This document shows, piece after piece, positions 7,956 through 16,862 of a stretch of 42,165 bases of DNA (its first letter is position 1; each line of letters begins with the position of its first letter). The notes below the pieces were generated by a model that was given only the letters and a program-made list of their open reading frames with translations, was not told the DNA's origin and searched no databases. Both the position numbers and the translations under genes were made by a program. Source of the stretch: Planctomycetota bacterium (GTDB lineage: Bacteria; Planctomycetota; Planctomycetia; JALXBF01). The stretch lies in contig JALXBF010000151.1 of the NCBI GenBank assembly GCA_026991575.1, positions 1 to 42,165 on the forward strand. Direction: 5' to 3'.

Positions 7956-9149
7956 ATGGGCGCAACCGTCAACCGCCGCGAATTCCTGGAAGCATTCGCC
8001 GTCACTGCCGGCCTCGCCGCCAACAACGCAGGCGCGCAGCAGCGGCCGCGGATCCCGGGATTCGAAGAAGAAAAGCCAAATCCTGAAGACGCTCAACGCT
8101 ATGTCCCCATCTCCGACAGGAAACTGCGCGTTGGCATCGTCGGCTACGGCTTCTGCCGCTTCGGCGCCGCCTTCGGCTTCCAAGACCACCCAAACGTCGA
8201 AGTGGTCGCCGTCAGCGACCTGTTCCCCGACCGCTGCGCCGCGCTGGCCCGAGCATGCCGCTGCGAGAAGACCTACCCGTCGCTTGAGGAACTGGTAAGA
8301 GACGACTCCATCGAGGCCGTTTTCGTTGCCACCGACGCACCCAGCCACGCGCAACACGCCATCGAAGTGCTCCGGCACGGCAAGCACGTGGCCGTCGCCG
8401 TCCCGGCCGTATGGGGAAGCCTTGAGGACGCCGAAAGGCTGCTGGAGACGGTCAAACGAACCGGTCTCAAGTACGCGATGTTCGAGACCTCGACCTTCCG
8501 CGCCGATTGCTACGCGATGCGCAAGATCTACGAAGCCGGTGGCTTCGGCCGCATCGTCTACGCCGAAGGCGAGTACTTCCACCACGTGCCCAAGCCCCTG
8601 CCTTCCTACAAAGGCTGGCGGATCGGCTGCCCACCGCTGTGGTACCCGACCCACTCAACGGCCTACTACGTCAGCGTCACAGGTGGCTCCTTCACGTCAG
8701 TCTCCTGCATCGGGTTCAAGGCCGGTTTCCCTGCCTACCGGCCCGGGGCCAACCGGTACGGCAACGAGTTCACGGATGAGATCGGGCTGTTCGAGACCAG
8801 CGAAGGTGGCACCGCCCGAATGCTGATGTGCAAGGGCGTGGTGGGTTACCATGCCGAGACGGGCCGCGTCTACGGCGAAAAGGGCAGTTTCTACAACGGC
8901 AAATACCACGGCACGCTGAAGAAGCTGCCCGACACGCGCCGTCCTCCTCTTCCGCCAGGCGTTCGTCCCGGTGGCCACGGTGGTTCCCACGGCCACCTGA
9001 CACACGACTTCGTAGCCGCCGTGCTGCTGGATCGCAAACCGGCCGTCGACATCATCGCAGCGCTGAACATGACCGTGCCGGGCATCGTTGCGCACGAGTC
9101 GGCGCTGCGCGACGGCGAGCGACTACCGATCCCTCAGTACTCGATGTAG
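7956..9149 (+). CDS. Tat-exported Gfo/Idh/MocA-family NAD(P)-dependent oxidoreductase
   Basis: NRREFL twin-arginine motif; LRVGIVGYG Rossmann start; EAVFVATDAPSHA..A..VL.HGKHV family motif; CTGGAGG RBS before ATG 7956. Confidence 0.9.
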   Translation: MGATVNRREFLEAFAVTAGLAANNAGAQQRPRIPGFEEEKPNPEDAQRYVPISDRKLRVGIVGYGFCRFGAAFGFQDHPNVEVVAVSDLFPDRCAALARACRCEKTYPSLEELVRDDSIEAVFVATDAPSHAQHAIEVLRHGKHVAVAVPAVWGSLEDAERLLETVKRTGLKYAMFETSTFRADCYAMRKIYEAGGFGRIVYAEGEYFHHVPKPLPSYKGWRIGCPPLWYPTHSTAYYVSVTGGSFTSVSCIGFKAGFPAYRPGANRYGNEFTDEIGLFETSEGGTARMLMCKGVVGYHAETGRVYGEKGSFYNGKYHGTLKKLPDTRRPPLPPGVRPGGHGGSHGHLTHDFVAAVLLDRKPAVDIIAALNMTVPGIVAHESALRDGERLPIPQYSM

Positions 9150-9283
9150 CCGCTCCCTCCGATCCGGCGCCCGTGGCATCAGCAGCGGCCACGTTCGAAA
9201 AGATTGCACCACCAGCGACTGCAACGGTCGCACGTACGTGATGCCCACCGCAGCCGTTCCACAGGCGAAAGGACAGTTGCACG

Positions 9284-12200
9284 ATGGTCCGAACCGCTAC
9301 ACTCTGTGCCCTGCTGTTGACGTTGCCGCTGAGAACACCGGCCGATAGCCGTGGTCAGCCGCCGTCGTTCACGATCCAAGACGTCCCGCAGGCGGCAAAC
9401 CGCTACGGCCGTCACGCTCCCCCGCCGACACTAACCCCCGACGCCGCCACTGTCCTTGAGGCCGAGGAGTTCCAGCCTCAGCAAGGCGCATGGCGACCAG
9501 AAGCCTACGGCAGCAACTACTACGTCTCCACCTTTGCCAACACCTTTCTGAGTCGCTGGGCATACCTGAGTGCCGACGCCGGGCAGAACGGCGTCGCACG
9601 CCGTCAGGTCCGCATTGCTGCCGCAGGCCGCTATCTTGTGCTTGCCCGCTACGAGGCCGCCTACCGGTTCCACACCCCGTTTGAGATCCGCATTCGGCAG
9701 CGGGGCAAACTCGTCTTCCGCCGCATCTACGGCCGCCGCGACCAACGGCGCATCTGGCCGTTCCGCCGCGGACTGGCAACGGACATCGCATGGCCCTGGG
9801 GAGCAAACGAGCAGATCGTCTGGGAAGGCCACGACGCCATCGCCACACTGGCTGAGGGTGACGCAATCTTCGAACTGGTTGCCGTTGGGGAGCCAACGCC
9901 TCAAGCCGACCGCCACGTCGACTGCATCCTGGTCACCACCGATGAACGGGACGTTCAGGACCGGATCAAGCGGGCCTTCTACCTGCCACTGGACGGACTG
10001 CTTACCCAGGCCGGTGACCTCTGGTGTCAGGTCATCAATCACAGCATCGGCGCCCTGCAAGTTACCCTGCCACCGTGCATCGAGCACTCCCCCTACTGGG
10101 TCCACCCGCGCCGCTGGAAAGCCAAGGGCTTCACGCTCAAAGCCGGCGAGCGCTCCGAGTGGATCGAGGTCGGCAGCTTGCTGGATACGCTGAACCATTC
10201 TGTCTGGCGTCCCCGGTTCCGAGCGGTGAACGGTCCGCGAGACTACACACTTCGGCTGGCTGTGCCGGCAGGCAGTGAGAAGCGTGTCGTCTATGAGCTG
10301 CGGACCAACCGCGACCAGCTCGCACTCTACATGAGCCCGGCCTTTCGCTACGTGCCTATGGTCTATCCATGCGAACGTGCCTTACCCGATCTGCTTGGCT
10401 ACCTGCAACGTCGCATGCAACGCGAACCGCTTCCGAAGGGCCGACCGCAGCGGTTCGTGCTGTACGCACTGAGCTTTGCCGAGCTGGAACACCGGCCTGC
10501 GTACAACGAGATGGTCCGCCGCTGGCACCGGCTATTCCCGATTGTCCCGCCTCGTGCGGATGCCCCCGCCGGCTACATCGACGTCCGACACGTGCGAACC
10601 GACCGGCTCGCGGCATACTGCGAACAGCTAGCCAAAGACGGACTGGCCGAACGGATCCGCGTCGTCAGCCTGGGCGACGAGATCAGTCTACCGGCGCCGT
10701 CGGGTGACCACGACGACTCGTTTCGCCAGTGGCTACGACGCCAGGGACTGAGGCCCGCCGACGTGGTCCCCGGGGCGTCCGACTGGCAGGCCATACGGTA
10801 CTTGCCTTCGCCTGACCCGAAGCAGGAACCACGTCGCTACTACTACGTGCAGCGCTACCGTCAGCGGTACGGCATCCGGACTATCAAGCAGCGGACTGAC
10901 ATTCTGCGCCGCCACCTACCGAAGGCACTGATCGGTGCTAACTACTCACCGCATCAGGGGGCGCCGTACCTGGGTGAAGTCTACAAGTGGATCGAAGTGT
11001 TTCGGGAAGAGGGAATGACGCTGCCGTGGAGTGAGGACTATATCTGGCAGATACCGGTCGTTTCTCCGCAGGTCAACGAGTTGTGCCTGGCCATGTTCCG
11101 GGCGGCGCTACGCGGCAAGCCGCAACGCGACATCCACTACTACGTCATGCCTCATTGGCCGGGGAACTCCCCCAGAATGTGGCGCCGGCTGTTCTACTCC
11201 TCGCTTGGCCACGGCATGACCATCGGCAACCTGTTCGAGTTCCGCCCGCTGCCGGTAGCCTACACGGAGAACTACTGCAACCTGCCGGAGACCTACTGGC
11301 AGGTGCTGCGGGCGTGCCGTGAGCTGAGCCGTTTCGAAGACATCATCCTGGACGGCCACCCCGTGCCCGGCGACGTCGGGCTCTGGTTCAGTACGACGGC
11401 TGACATCTGGCATGACGCCGCGCCGCCCTACGCTGCAGAGAAGCGCAGCCTGTACGTCGCCCTCCGCCACCTGCAAGTCCCCGTGGAGGTCTTCACCGAC
11501 CTGGACAGTCGCGCGCAGTTGCAGCAATGCCGTGTGCTGTTCGTGGTCGACCGCCACGTGCACAGGCAAGATGCCGAACGGCTGCTGGACTGGGTCCGCG
11601 AAGGAGGTACGCTGGTGCTTGGCGCCGGCGCGGCGATGCGCGACCAGTTTGACCGCCCCTTGGACCTCCTGTACCGGCCCCTGGGGCAACTCCCGAAGCT
11701 AACCGTGGACGACAGCGTGCCAATTCGGTACGTGAAGCAGGACCTGGCGTGGGCTCGGCCAGTCGCCACGGTGCAGCCCCAGGGCCAAGGACGCTCGTTC
11801 CCGGTTTACGGTGTGGTGGCCGAGCTGCCGGCAGGGGACGCGGGGCAAACGGCAGCAACTTTCGTCGATCGCCGCGACCACGCCGCCGTCTGTAACGTGC
11901 CGCTTGGCAAGGGCGAGATCTGGTACTTCGGCTTTTTGCCCGGCCTGGCCTCCGTACGACCGTCGGCTCGCCGCGAGCCGCTGACCCGGGGAGGCGATGA
12001 GCACAGTGTCGCGCACCGGATGCCAACCGCCTATCAGGCATCGGCTCTCCAGCTCCTAGCGGCCCCCCTGAAAAACGTCCGCCGCCTGGTCGAAGTCGAC
12101 CCGCCCGTCGTCGAGCCTTGCCTGGTCCGTTCCAAGAACGGCGCGGTCCTGATCCTCATCGCCTGGCAGCCCGACCCGGCCGACGCCGTCGTGACCGTGC

Positions 12201-12331
12201 GGATGCCGCTGCCGCGCGGGCGAGTTGAAACGGCCACCGGGCAGCGCGTCGAACTCCACCAAAAGGGAAGCAATGCGCTTGAACTCCGCCTGACCGTGGA
12301 CGCAGCCGACGCGATCATCTTCCGTCCGTAG
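9284..12331 (+). CDS. Large secreted protein, putative glycoside hydrolase (GH-A/GH42-like core plus beta-galactosidase trimerisation-like domain)
   Basis: 1015 aa, signal peptide; N-terminal VLEAEEF CBM-like start; SLGDEI and WSEDY candidate catalytic Glu motifs; C-terminal LLDWVREGGTLVL and LGKGEIWYFG typical of GATase-like trimerisation domains. Confidence 0.55.
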   Translation: MVRTATLCALLLTLPLRTPADSRGQPPSFTIQDVPQAANRYGRHAPPPTLTPDAATVLEAEEFQPQQGAWRPEAYGSNYYVSTFANTFLSRWAYLSADAGQNGVARRQVRIAAAGRYLVLARYEAAYRFHTPFEIRIRQRGKLVFRRIYGRRDQRRIWPFRRGLATDIAWPWGANEQIVWEGHDAIATLAEGDAIFELVAVGEPTPQADRHVDCILVTTDERDVQDRIKRAFYLPLDGLLTQAGDLWCQVINHSIGALQVTLPPCIEHSPYWVHPRRWKAKGFTLKAGERSEWIEVGSLLDTLNHSVWRPRFRAVNGPRDYTLRLAVPAGSEKRVVYELRTNRDQLALYMSPAFRYVPMVYPCERALPDLLGYLQRRMQREPLPKGRPQRFVLYALSFAELEHRPAYNEMVRRWHRLFPIVPPRADAPAGYIDVRHVRTDRLAAYCEQLAKDGLAERIRVVSLGDEISLPAPSGDHDDSFRQWLRRQGLRPADVVPGASDWQAIRYLPSPDPKQEPRRYYYVQRYRQRYGIRTIKQRTDILRRHLPKALIGANYSPHQGAPYLGEVYKWIEVFREEGMTLPWSEDYIWQIPVVSPQVNELCLAMFRAALRGKPQRDIHYYVMPHWPGNSPRMWRRLFYSSLGHGMTIGNLFEFRPLPVAYTENYCNLPETYWQVLRACRELSRFEDIILDGHPVPGDVGLWFSTTADIWHDAAPPYAAEKRSLYVALRHLQVPVEVFTDLDSRAQLQQCRVLFVVDRHVHRQDAERLLDWVREGGTLVLGAGAAMRDQFDRPLDLLYRPLGQLPKLTVDDSVPIRYVKQDLAWARPVATVQPQGQGRSFPVYGVVAELPAGDAGQTAATFVDRRDHAAVCNVPLGKGEIWYFGFLPGLASVRPSARREPLTRGGDEHSVAHRMPTAYQASALQLLAAPLKNVRRLVEVDPPVVEPCLVRSKNGAVLILIAWQPDPADAVVTVRMPLPRGRVETATGQRVELHQKGSNALELRLTVDAADAIIFRP

Positions 12332-12855
12332 CAGGCGGCACCAACGCTCCCTCAGCGGTCCGCTCGGCCGTCAGCGGCCGGGATCATCCAGATTCAGTGG
12401 CAGCAGGCCGCGTGCGTCGTGGCACCCAAAGGGGGCAAGCCACCCTGACCGGACTCTGGATGGCCTACCGCAGCAGCGTAAGCGCTTGGCCGCTATCGAA
12501 ACATGCACATCCGGTCGTCGTGGTGATCGGTCAAACGCTGTACCTCCTCGAGCACTCGCCCCCCATCGATCCGTGGCACGTGCCGCCCAGCTTCGTGCAC
12601 TGACCGGTTCTGGGAGCCGGCATGCGGCCCGTGGCCGGCTTTGACTGAAGCCCTGCCGGGCGACGGCTCTGTCCGGTCAGGATGACCGACGGAACCGATG
12701 GGGCGCGAGCGGGACTATGGACCGAATTGAACGGCCGCTAGTGGTGAACTGCCCCCCATTGGTCTGGCACGGTCCCAGGCTGCGGCACAATCTGCTAAGC
12801 TGTCTACTCACCGCCAGGCGATGGTAGGCGGACCGAGGACCGTGCGGAGGTAGCG

Positions 12856-13848
12856 ATGGCAAAGCCGAAAGTGTTTGTCACACGACCGTTCCCGGACGTG
12901 GGGCTCAAGCGCGTGCTTGCTGAGTGTGATGCGGAGGTATGGCCCGGGCCGTTGCCGCCGCCACGCGAGGTGTTGCTGGAGAAGGTGCGCGACATCGAAG
13001 GCCTGCTGAGCATGCTGACCGAGCAGATCGACGCGGAGCTGATGGACGCGGCCCCTCGGCTAAAGGTGATCAGCAACTACGCCGTTGGCTTCAACAACAT
13101 TGACGTGGCAGCGGCTACAGAACGTGGCATCGCGGTGGGCAACACCCCGGGGGTTCTGACCGACGCTACCGCGGACATGGCATTCTGCCTGTTGATTGCG
13201 GCAGCACGCCGACTCCTGGAGTCGTACCATGACATCCTGGCCGGAAAGTGGCGGACCTGGGAACCGATGGGCTGGATCGGTCAGGACCTGGTTGGCCGGA
13301 CGCTTGGCGTTGTGGGGATGGGGCGTATCGGAACTGCTCTTGCCCGCCGCTGTCATGGTGGCTGGGGGATGCGGGTGCTCTACTACGATGTGCGCGCGAA
13401 CGAAGAAGCGGAACGCACGCTGGGAGCCCAGCGTGTGGATTTCGACACGCTGCTGGCCGAGAGCGATTTCGTCAGCATCCACACCGTGCTAAACGAGGAA
13501 ACGCGGGGCATGTTTGGCCGCGACGCGTTCCGCAAGATGAAGCGTACGGCGGTGCTGGTGAACACGGCGCGCGGCCCGATCGTCGATACGGACGCTCTGG
13601 TCGAGGCGCTCCGCTCCGGTGAGATCTTCGCCGCCGGACTGGACGTCACCGACCCGGAGCCGCTGCCACCGGACCATCCGCTGCTTGAACTACCCAACGC
13701 CGTTGTCGCCCCCCATATTGCCAGCGCCACGGTGACGTCGCGAAACGCGATGGCTGAGATCGCTGCGGACAACCTGCTTCTGGGGCTGCAGAACAAGCCC
13801 CTGCGTGCCTGGGTCAATCCCGAGGTGGAACCACGATGGCGACGGTGA
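12856..13848 (+). CDS. gyaR: D-isomer-specific 2-hydroxyacid dehydrogenase (glyoxylate reductase / D-glycerate dehydrogenase)
   Basis: NYAVGFNNID, NTPGVLTDATAD, GMGRIG, NTARGPIVD, AGLDVTDPEP, PHIAS; GGAGG RBS. Confidence 0.9.
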   Translation: MAKPKVFVTRPFPDVGLKRVLAECDAEVWPGPLPPPREVLLEKVRDIEGLLSMLTEQIDAELMDAAPRLKVISNYAVGFNNIDVAAATERGIAVGNTPGVLTDATADMAFCLLIAAARRLLESYHDILAGKWRTWEPMGWIGQDLVGRTLGVVGMGRIGTALARRCHGGWGMRVLYYDVRANEEAERTLGAQRVDFDTLLAESDFVSIHTVLNEETRGMFGRDAFRKMKRTAVLVNTARGPIVDTDALVEALRSGEIFAAGLDVTDPEPLPPDHPLLELPNAVVAPHIASATVTSRNAMAEIAADNLLLGLQNKPLRAWVNPEVEPRWRR

Positions 13849-13874
13849 CCGAACCAGCCGTAGCACCAGTGAGG

Positions 13875-15275
13875 ATGACAACAATGTGGCGGGTGCCGAC
13901 GAGCATTCTTGCCGGGCTGTTGCTTCTGCTGACTGTCCCAGCATGGCCCCGAGTTCACGGGGAAGATCATCCGGCACCACGTGCGACGGACTACTTGATC
14001 CTGGTCTCGGTGGACGGCTTCGCCAACAGCATGTTGTGGGACACACGCGCGCCGATGCCCTTCCTGCGCGACCAGCTGAAGCAGGGAGCGTACGCACGGG
14101 ATGGCCAGGTCTGCACGTTTCCCACCGTCACGTGGCCGAACCACACGACCCTGGTCACAGGCGTTTCGCCGGCAAAGCACGGCGTACTGGCAAACAACGT
14201 CTACGACCGCAAACAGAAGAAGCGGCTCCAGCTGATCATCGACCCGCTCTTTGACAAGGATGAGCTCGTCCGGACCCCGACGCTGTACGACGTGGCCCAC
14301 GAAGCAGGGCTGAGCACGGCGGCTCTGGCCTGGCCGGCGACCCGACGCGCAGCCAGCCTGGACTGGACTGTCCCTGACATGCATGTGCGCGACGGGTTCG
14401 CTCGCTATGCGACCCCTGGGTTGCTTGAGCGGTTCCGGCGGCTCGGTCTCCCGGTGGACCGGTACGGGCCGTGGCTGAGCGACCCGACTGGGGGGGCGAA
14501 ACGCGACTGGCTCTGGATCGAGGCGGCCATCGCGCTGTATCGGACGGAAAAACCGAATCTGCTGCTAATCCACTTCGTCGAAATGGACCATGTACTCCAT
14601 CGCTACGGCCCCGGCAGCGGCGACGACCTCTGGGTCGCCACCTACACCGACCACTGCCTCCGACGCCTCTGGTACGGTGCCCGCCAAGCGCTTGGCCCGG
14701 ACGCCCGCGTGACGATGATCGTCTCCAGCGACCATGGTTTCTTCGCCGTGGATCGCTCGATTCACCTGGGCGTCTTCTTCAAGCAGCAGTTCGGCGGCAA
14801 GCTACGGCCGGTGATCGTCCCTCAGGGCGGGTCGGCCGCCGTGTATCTGCCGGAGGGGACGTCGCCGCAGACGCGCCGGGAAGTGGCCGAGGCACTGCGG
14901 CGCGTGGAGGGGGTGCAGCGAGTGTTTGAACCGGAGCAGTTCGCGCAACTCGGGCAGCCGACGCCGGCCGAAAGCCCCTGGGCACCGGACCTATGGCTTG
15001 CCGCCGAAGAGGGCTACAGTTTCTCCGCAAGCGGCACCGCAGCCCAGCTGATCACGACCGGCAAGCGGCGTGGGACACACGGCTTCCTGCCCGACCAGGA
15101 TCGGATGCGCGGCGTGTTCGTCGCGTTCGGCGCGGGAGTTGCAAGGGACGTAAATTTGGGTAAGGTAGATAACAGGCAGGTTGCGCCCACGGCGGCAGCC
15201 CTGCTGGGTTTGTCCCTCGAACACGCCGAACTTCCCCCCCTGAATCGGGCGCTGGCGCCCGTGCCTGCCCGGTAA
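13875..15275 (+). CDS. Alkaline-phosphatase superfamily nucleotide pyrophosphatase/phosphodiesterase, secreted
   Basis: LVSVDG, FPTVTWPNHTTLVTG (catalytic Thr), DHVLH, SDHG, GTHG. Start uncertain (13836/13875/13884). Confidence 0.88.
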   Translation: MTTMWRVPTSILAGLLLLLTVPAWPRVHGEDHPAPRATDYLILVSVDGFANSMLWDTRAPMPFLRDQLKQGAYARDGQVCTFPTVTWPNHTTLVTGVSPAKHGVLANNVYDRKQKKRLQLIIDPLFDKDELVRTPTLYDVAHEAGLSTAALAWPATRRAASLDWTVPDMHVRDGFARYATPGLLERFRRLGLPVDRYGPWLSDPTGGAKRDWLWIEAAIALYRTEKPNLLLIHFVEMDHVLHRYGPGSGDDLWVATYTDHCLRRLWYGARQALGPDARVTMIVSSDHGFFAVDRSIHLGVFFKQQFGGKLRPVIVPQGGSAAVYLPEGTSPQTRREVAEALRRVEGVQRVFEPEQFAQLGQPTPAESPWAPDLWLAAEEGYSFSASGTAAQLITTGKRRGTHGFLPDQDRMRGVFVAFGAGVARDVNLGKVDNRQVAPTAAALLGLSLEHAELPPLNRALAPVPAR

Positions 15276-15309
15276 ACGATCAACCACCCAGGAGAAAGGA
15301 CCGTCTGCC

Positions 15310-15984
15310 ATGAACCTACTGCTCGCATGCCTGCTACTGCTGTGCGGTCCGCCCGCCGATGAGAAAGCTCTGCCCGGAGACAACGTCCCACCTCCAGGTT
15401 TTCGGGCCCTGTTCAACGGCCGCGACCTCAGCGGCTGGCAGGGTGTGGTGCCGCTGCCGGTGCGTGAGAAGCTGAAGAACGATCCGCAACGGCTGGCGCA
15501 GGTGCAGAAGGAGGCCAACCGCAGGGTGCTGCCACACTGGAACGTGCGAAATGGCATCCTGTGCTATGACGGAAAGGGAAACAGCCTCCAGACCATCGAG
15601 GAGTTCGGCGACTTTGAGCTGCGTGTCGACTACAAGATCCTCCCCGGTGGTGACAGCGGCATCTACATCCGCGGCGTACCCCAGGTTCAGATCTGGGATC
15701 CGGCTCAGCACCCGGAAGGCTCCGGCGGGCTGTTCAACAACAAGAAGTACCCAAGCAAACCGTTGAAGCGAGCGGACAAGCCGGCAGGCCAGTGGAACCG
15801 GCTGCGGATCATTGTGCGTGGTGATCGAGTTACCGTGTACCTGAACGGCGTGCTGGTGGTCGACAACACGCCGCTAGAAAACTACTGGGACCGCTCCAAG
15901 CCATTGCCCAGGCGCGGTCCAATCGAATTGCAGCACCACGGTAACCCGCTGTTCTTCAAGAACATCTTCATCAAAGAGCTCTAG
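15310..15984 (+). CDS. DUF1080 family protein (3-keto-glycoside hydrolase/hydratase-like)
   Basis: LFNGRDLSGW, FGDFELRVDY, GDSGIY, GQWNRLRI, GPIELQHHG, FKNIFIKEL. Confidence 0.92.
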   Translation: MNLLLACLLLLCGPPADEKALPGDNVPPPGFRALFNGRDLSGWQGVVPLPVREKLKNDPQRLAQVQKEANRRVLPHWNVRNGILCYDGKGNSLQTIEEFGDFELRVDYKILPGGDSGIYIRGVPQVQIWDPAQHPEGSGGLFNNKKYPSKPLKRADKPAGQWNRLRIIVRGDRVTVYLNGVLVVDNTPLENYWDRSKPLPRRGPIELQHHGNPLFFKNIFIKEL

Positions 15985-16044
15985 GAACAGGCCGCTTTAG
16001 CGTGCCATCCGGTAGTGACGCAGTGCAGCCAGAGGAGGAGCAAC

Positions 16045-16734
16045 ATGAGCTTGCAGCGTACTGTGCTGAGTGCCCTGGTCAGCGTGGTCGTGTTTGCAGC
16101 CCTGGTCGCCGTGCTCGGCCAACGCCATCCTGGCGTGGCAGACGAAGAGAAGTGGATCCCATTGTTCAATGGCAAGGACCTCAGCGGCTGGGACACCTTC
16201 ATCGATCCCCGCGCCGAGGGCGTGAAACCCGAGGACATCTGGTCTGTGAAGGACGGCGTGATCATCTGCCAGGGACAGGTGAACGGCTACTTGATCACGC
16301 AGAAGGAGTACGACAACTATGTTCTGAAGCTGCAGTGGCGCTGGGGTGAGAAGATCCACCGCGGCCGCAACAGTGGTGTGTTCGTACACGTGGTGGGGCC
16401 GAACCGGATCTGGCCGAAAGGGATTGAGGCGCAGCTCATGTCGGGCCATGCCGGAGACTTCTGGCTGGTCGGCGGAGCCACGCTGAAGATCGATCCTCGT
16501 CGCCGGGATCCGCGCATCTCGCGACACTATTTCCGGATCAAGGACGGCGTGGAGAAGCCGATCGGGCACTGGAACCAGTACGAGATCATCTGCAAGGGCG
16601 ACACGATCCGGTTGATCATTAACGGCCAGCTCGTCAACGAAGGGACCGATGCCGATCCTTGCCGCGGCAAGATTCTGCTGCAGTCGGAAGGGGCCGAGAT
16701 TCACTTTCGCGATATCAAGCTGAAGAAGCTCTAG
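16045..16734 (+). CDS. DUF1080 family protein (second paralog)
   Basis: LFNGKDLSGW, YDNYVLKLQWRW, NSGVF, GHWNQYEI, GKILLQSEG, FRDIKLK; GAGGAGG RBS before ATG 16045. Confidence 0.92.
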   Translation: MSLQRTVLSALVSVVVFAALVAVLGQRHPGVADEEKWIPLFNGKDLSGWDTFIDPRAEGVKPEDIWSVKDGVIICQGQVNGYLITQKEYDNYVLKLQWRWGEKIHRGRNSGVFVHVVGPNRIWPKGIEAQLMSGHAGDFWLVGGATLKIDPRRRDPRISRHYFRIKDGVEKPIGHWNQYEIICKGDTIRLIINGQLVNEGTDADPCRGKILLQSEGAEIHFRDIKLKKL

Positions 16735-16780
16735 CAGCCGGCCCCTACGCTAGTTGGTCGGCAATGATCCCGACAGGACA

Positions 16781-16814
16781 GCGTCCCGACTGCTGAGCAC
16801 GGCGGTCGGGACGC
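16781..16814. terminator. GC-rich hairpin between convergent genes (possible bidirectional terminator)
   Basis: GCGTCCCGACTGCTG-agca-CGGCGGTCGGGACGC, 15-bp stem with two G-U pairs; no clear U-tract. Confidence 0.5.
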
Positions 16815-16862
16815 ATACTTCTGCCCGAGTTTCGTTGCCGGGCGGCAGAGGCACGAACGGCT

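Noticed and set aside
12397..12603. Short ORFs in the 12332-12855 gap, including a minus-strand GGRVLEEVQRLT fragment
   Set aside because: Too short and motif-poor to support a gene or pseudogene call.
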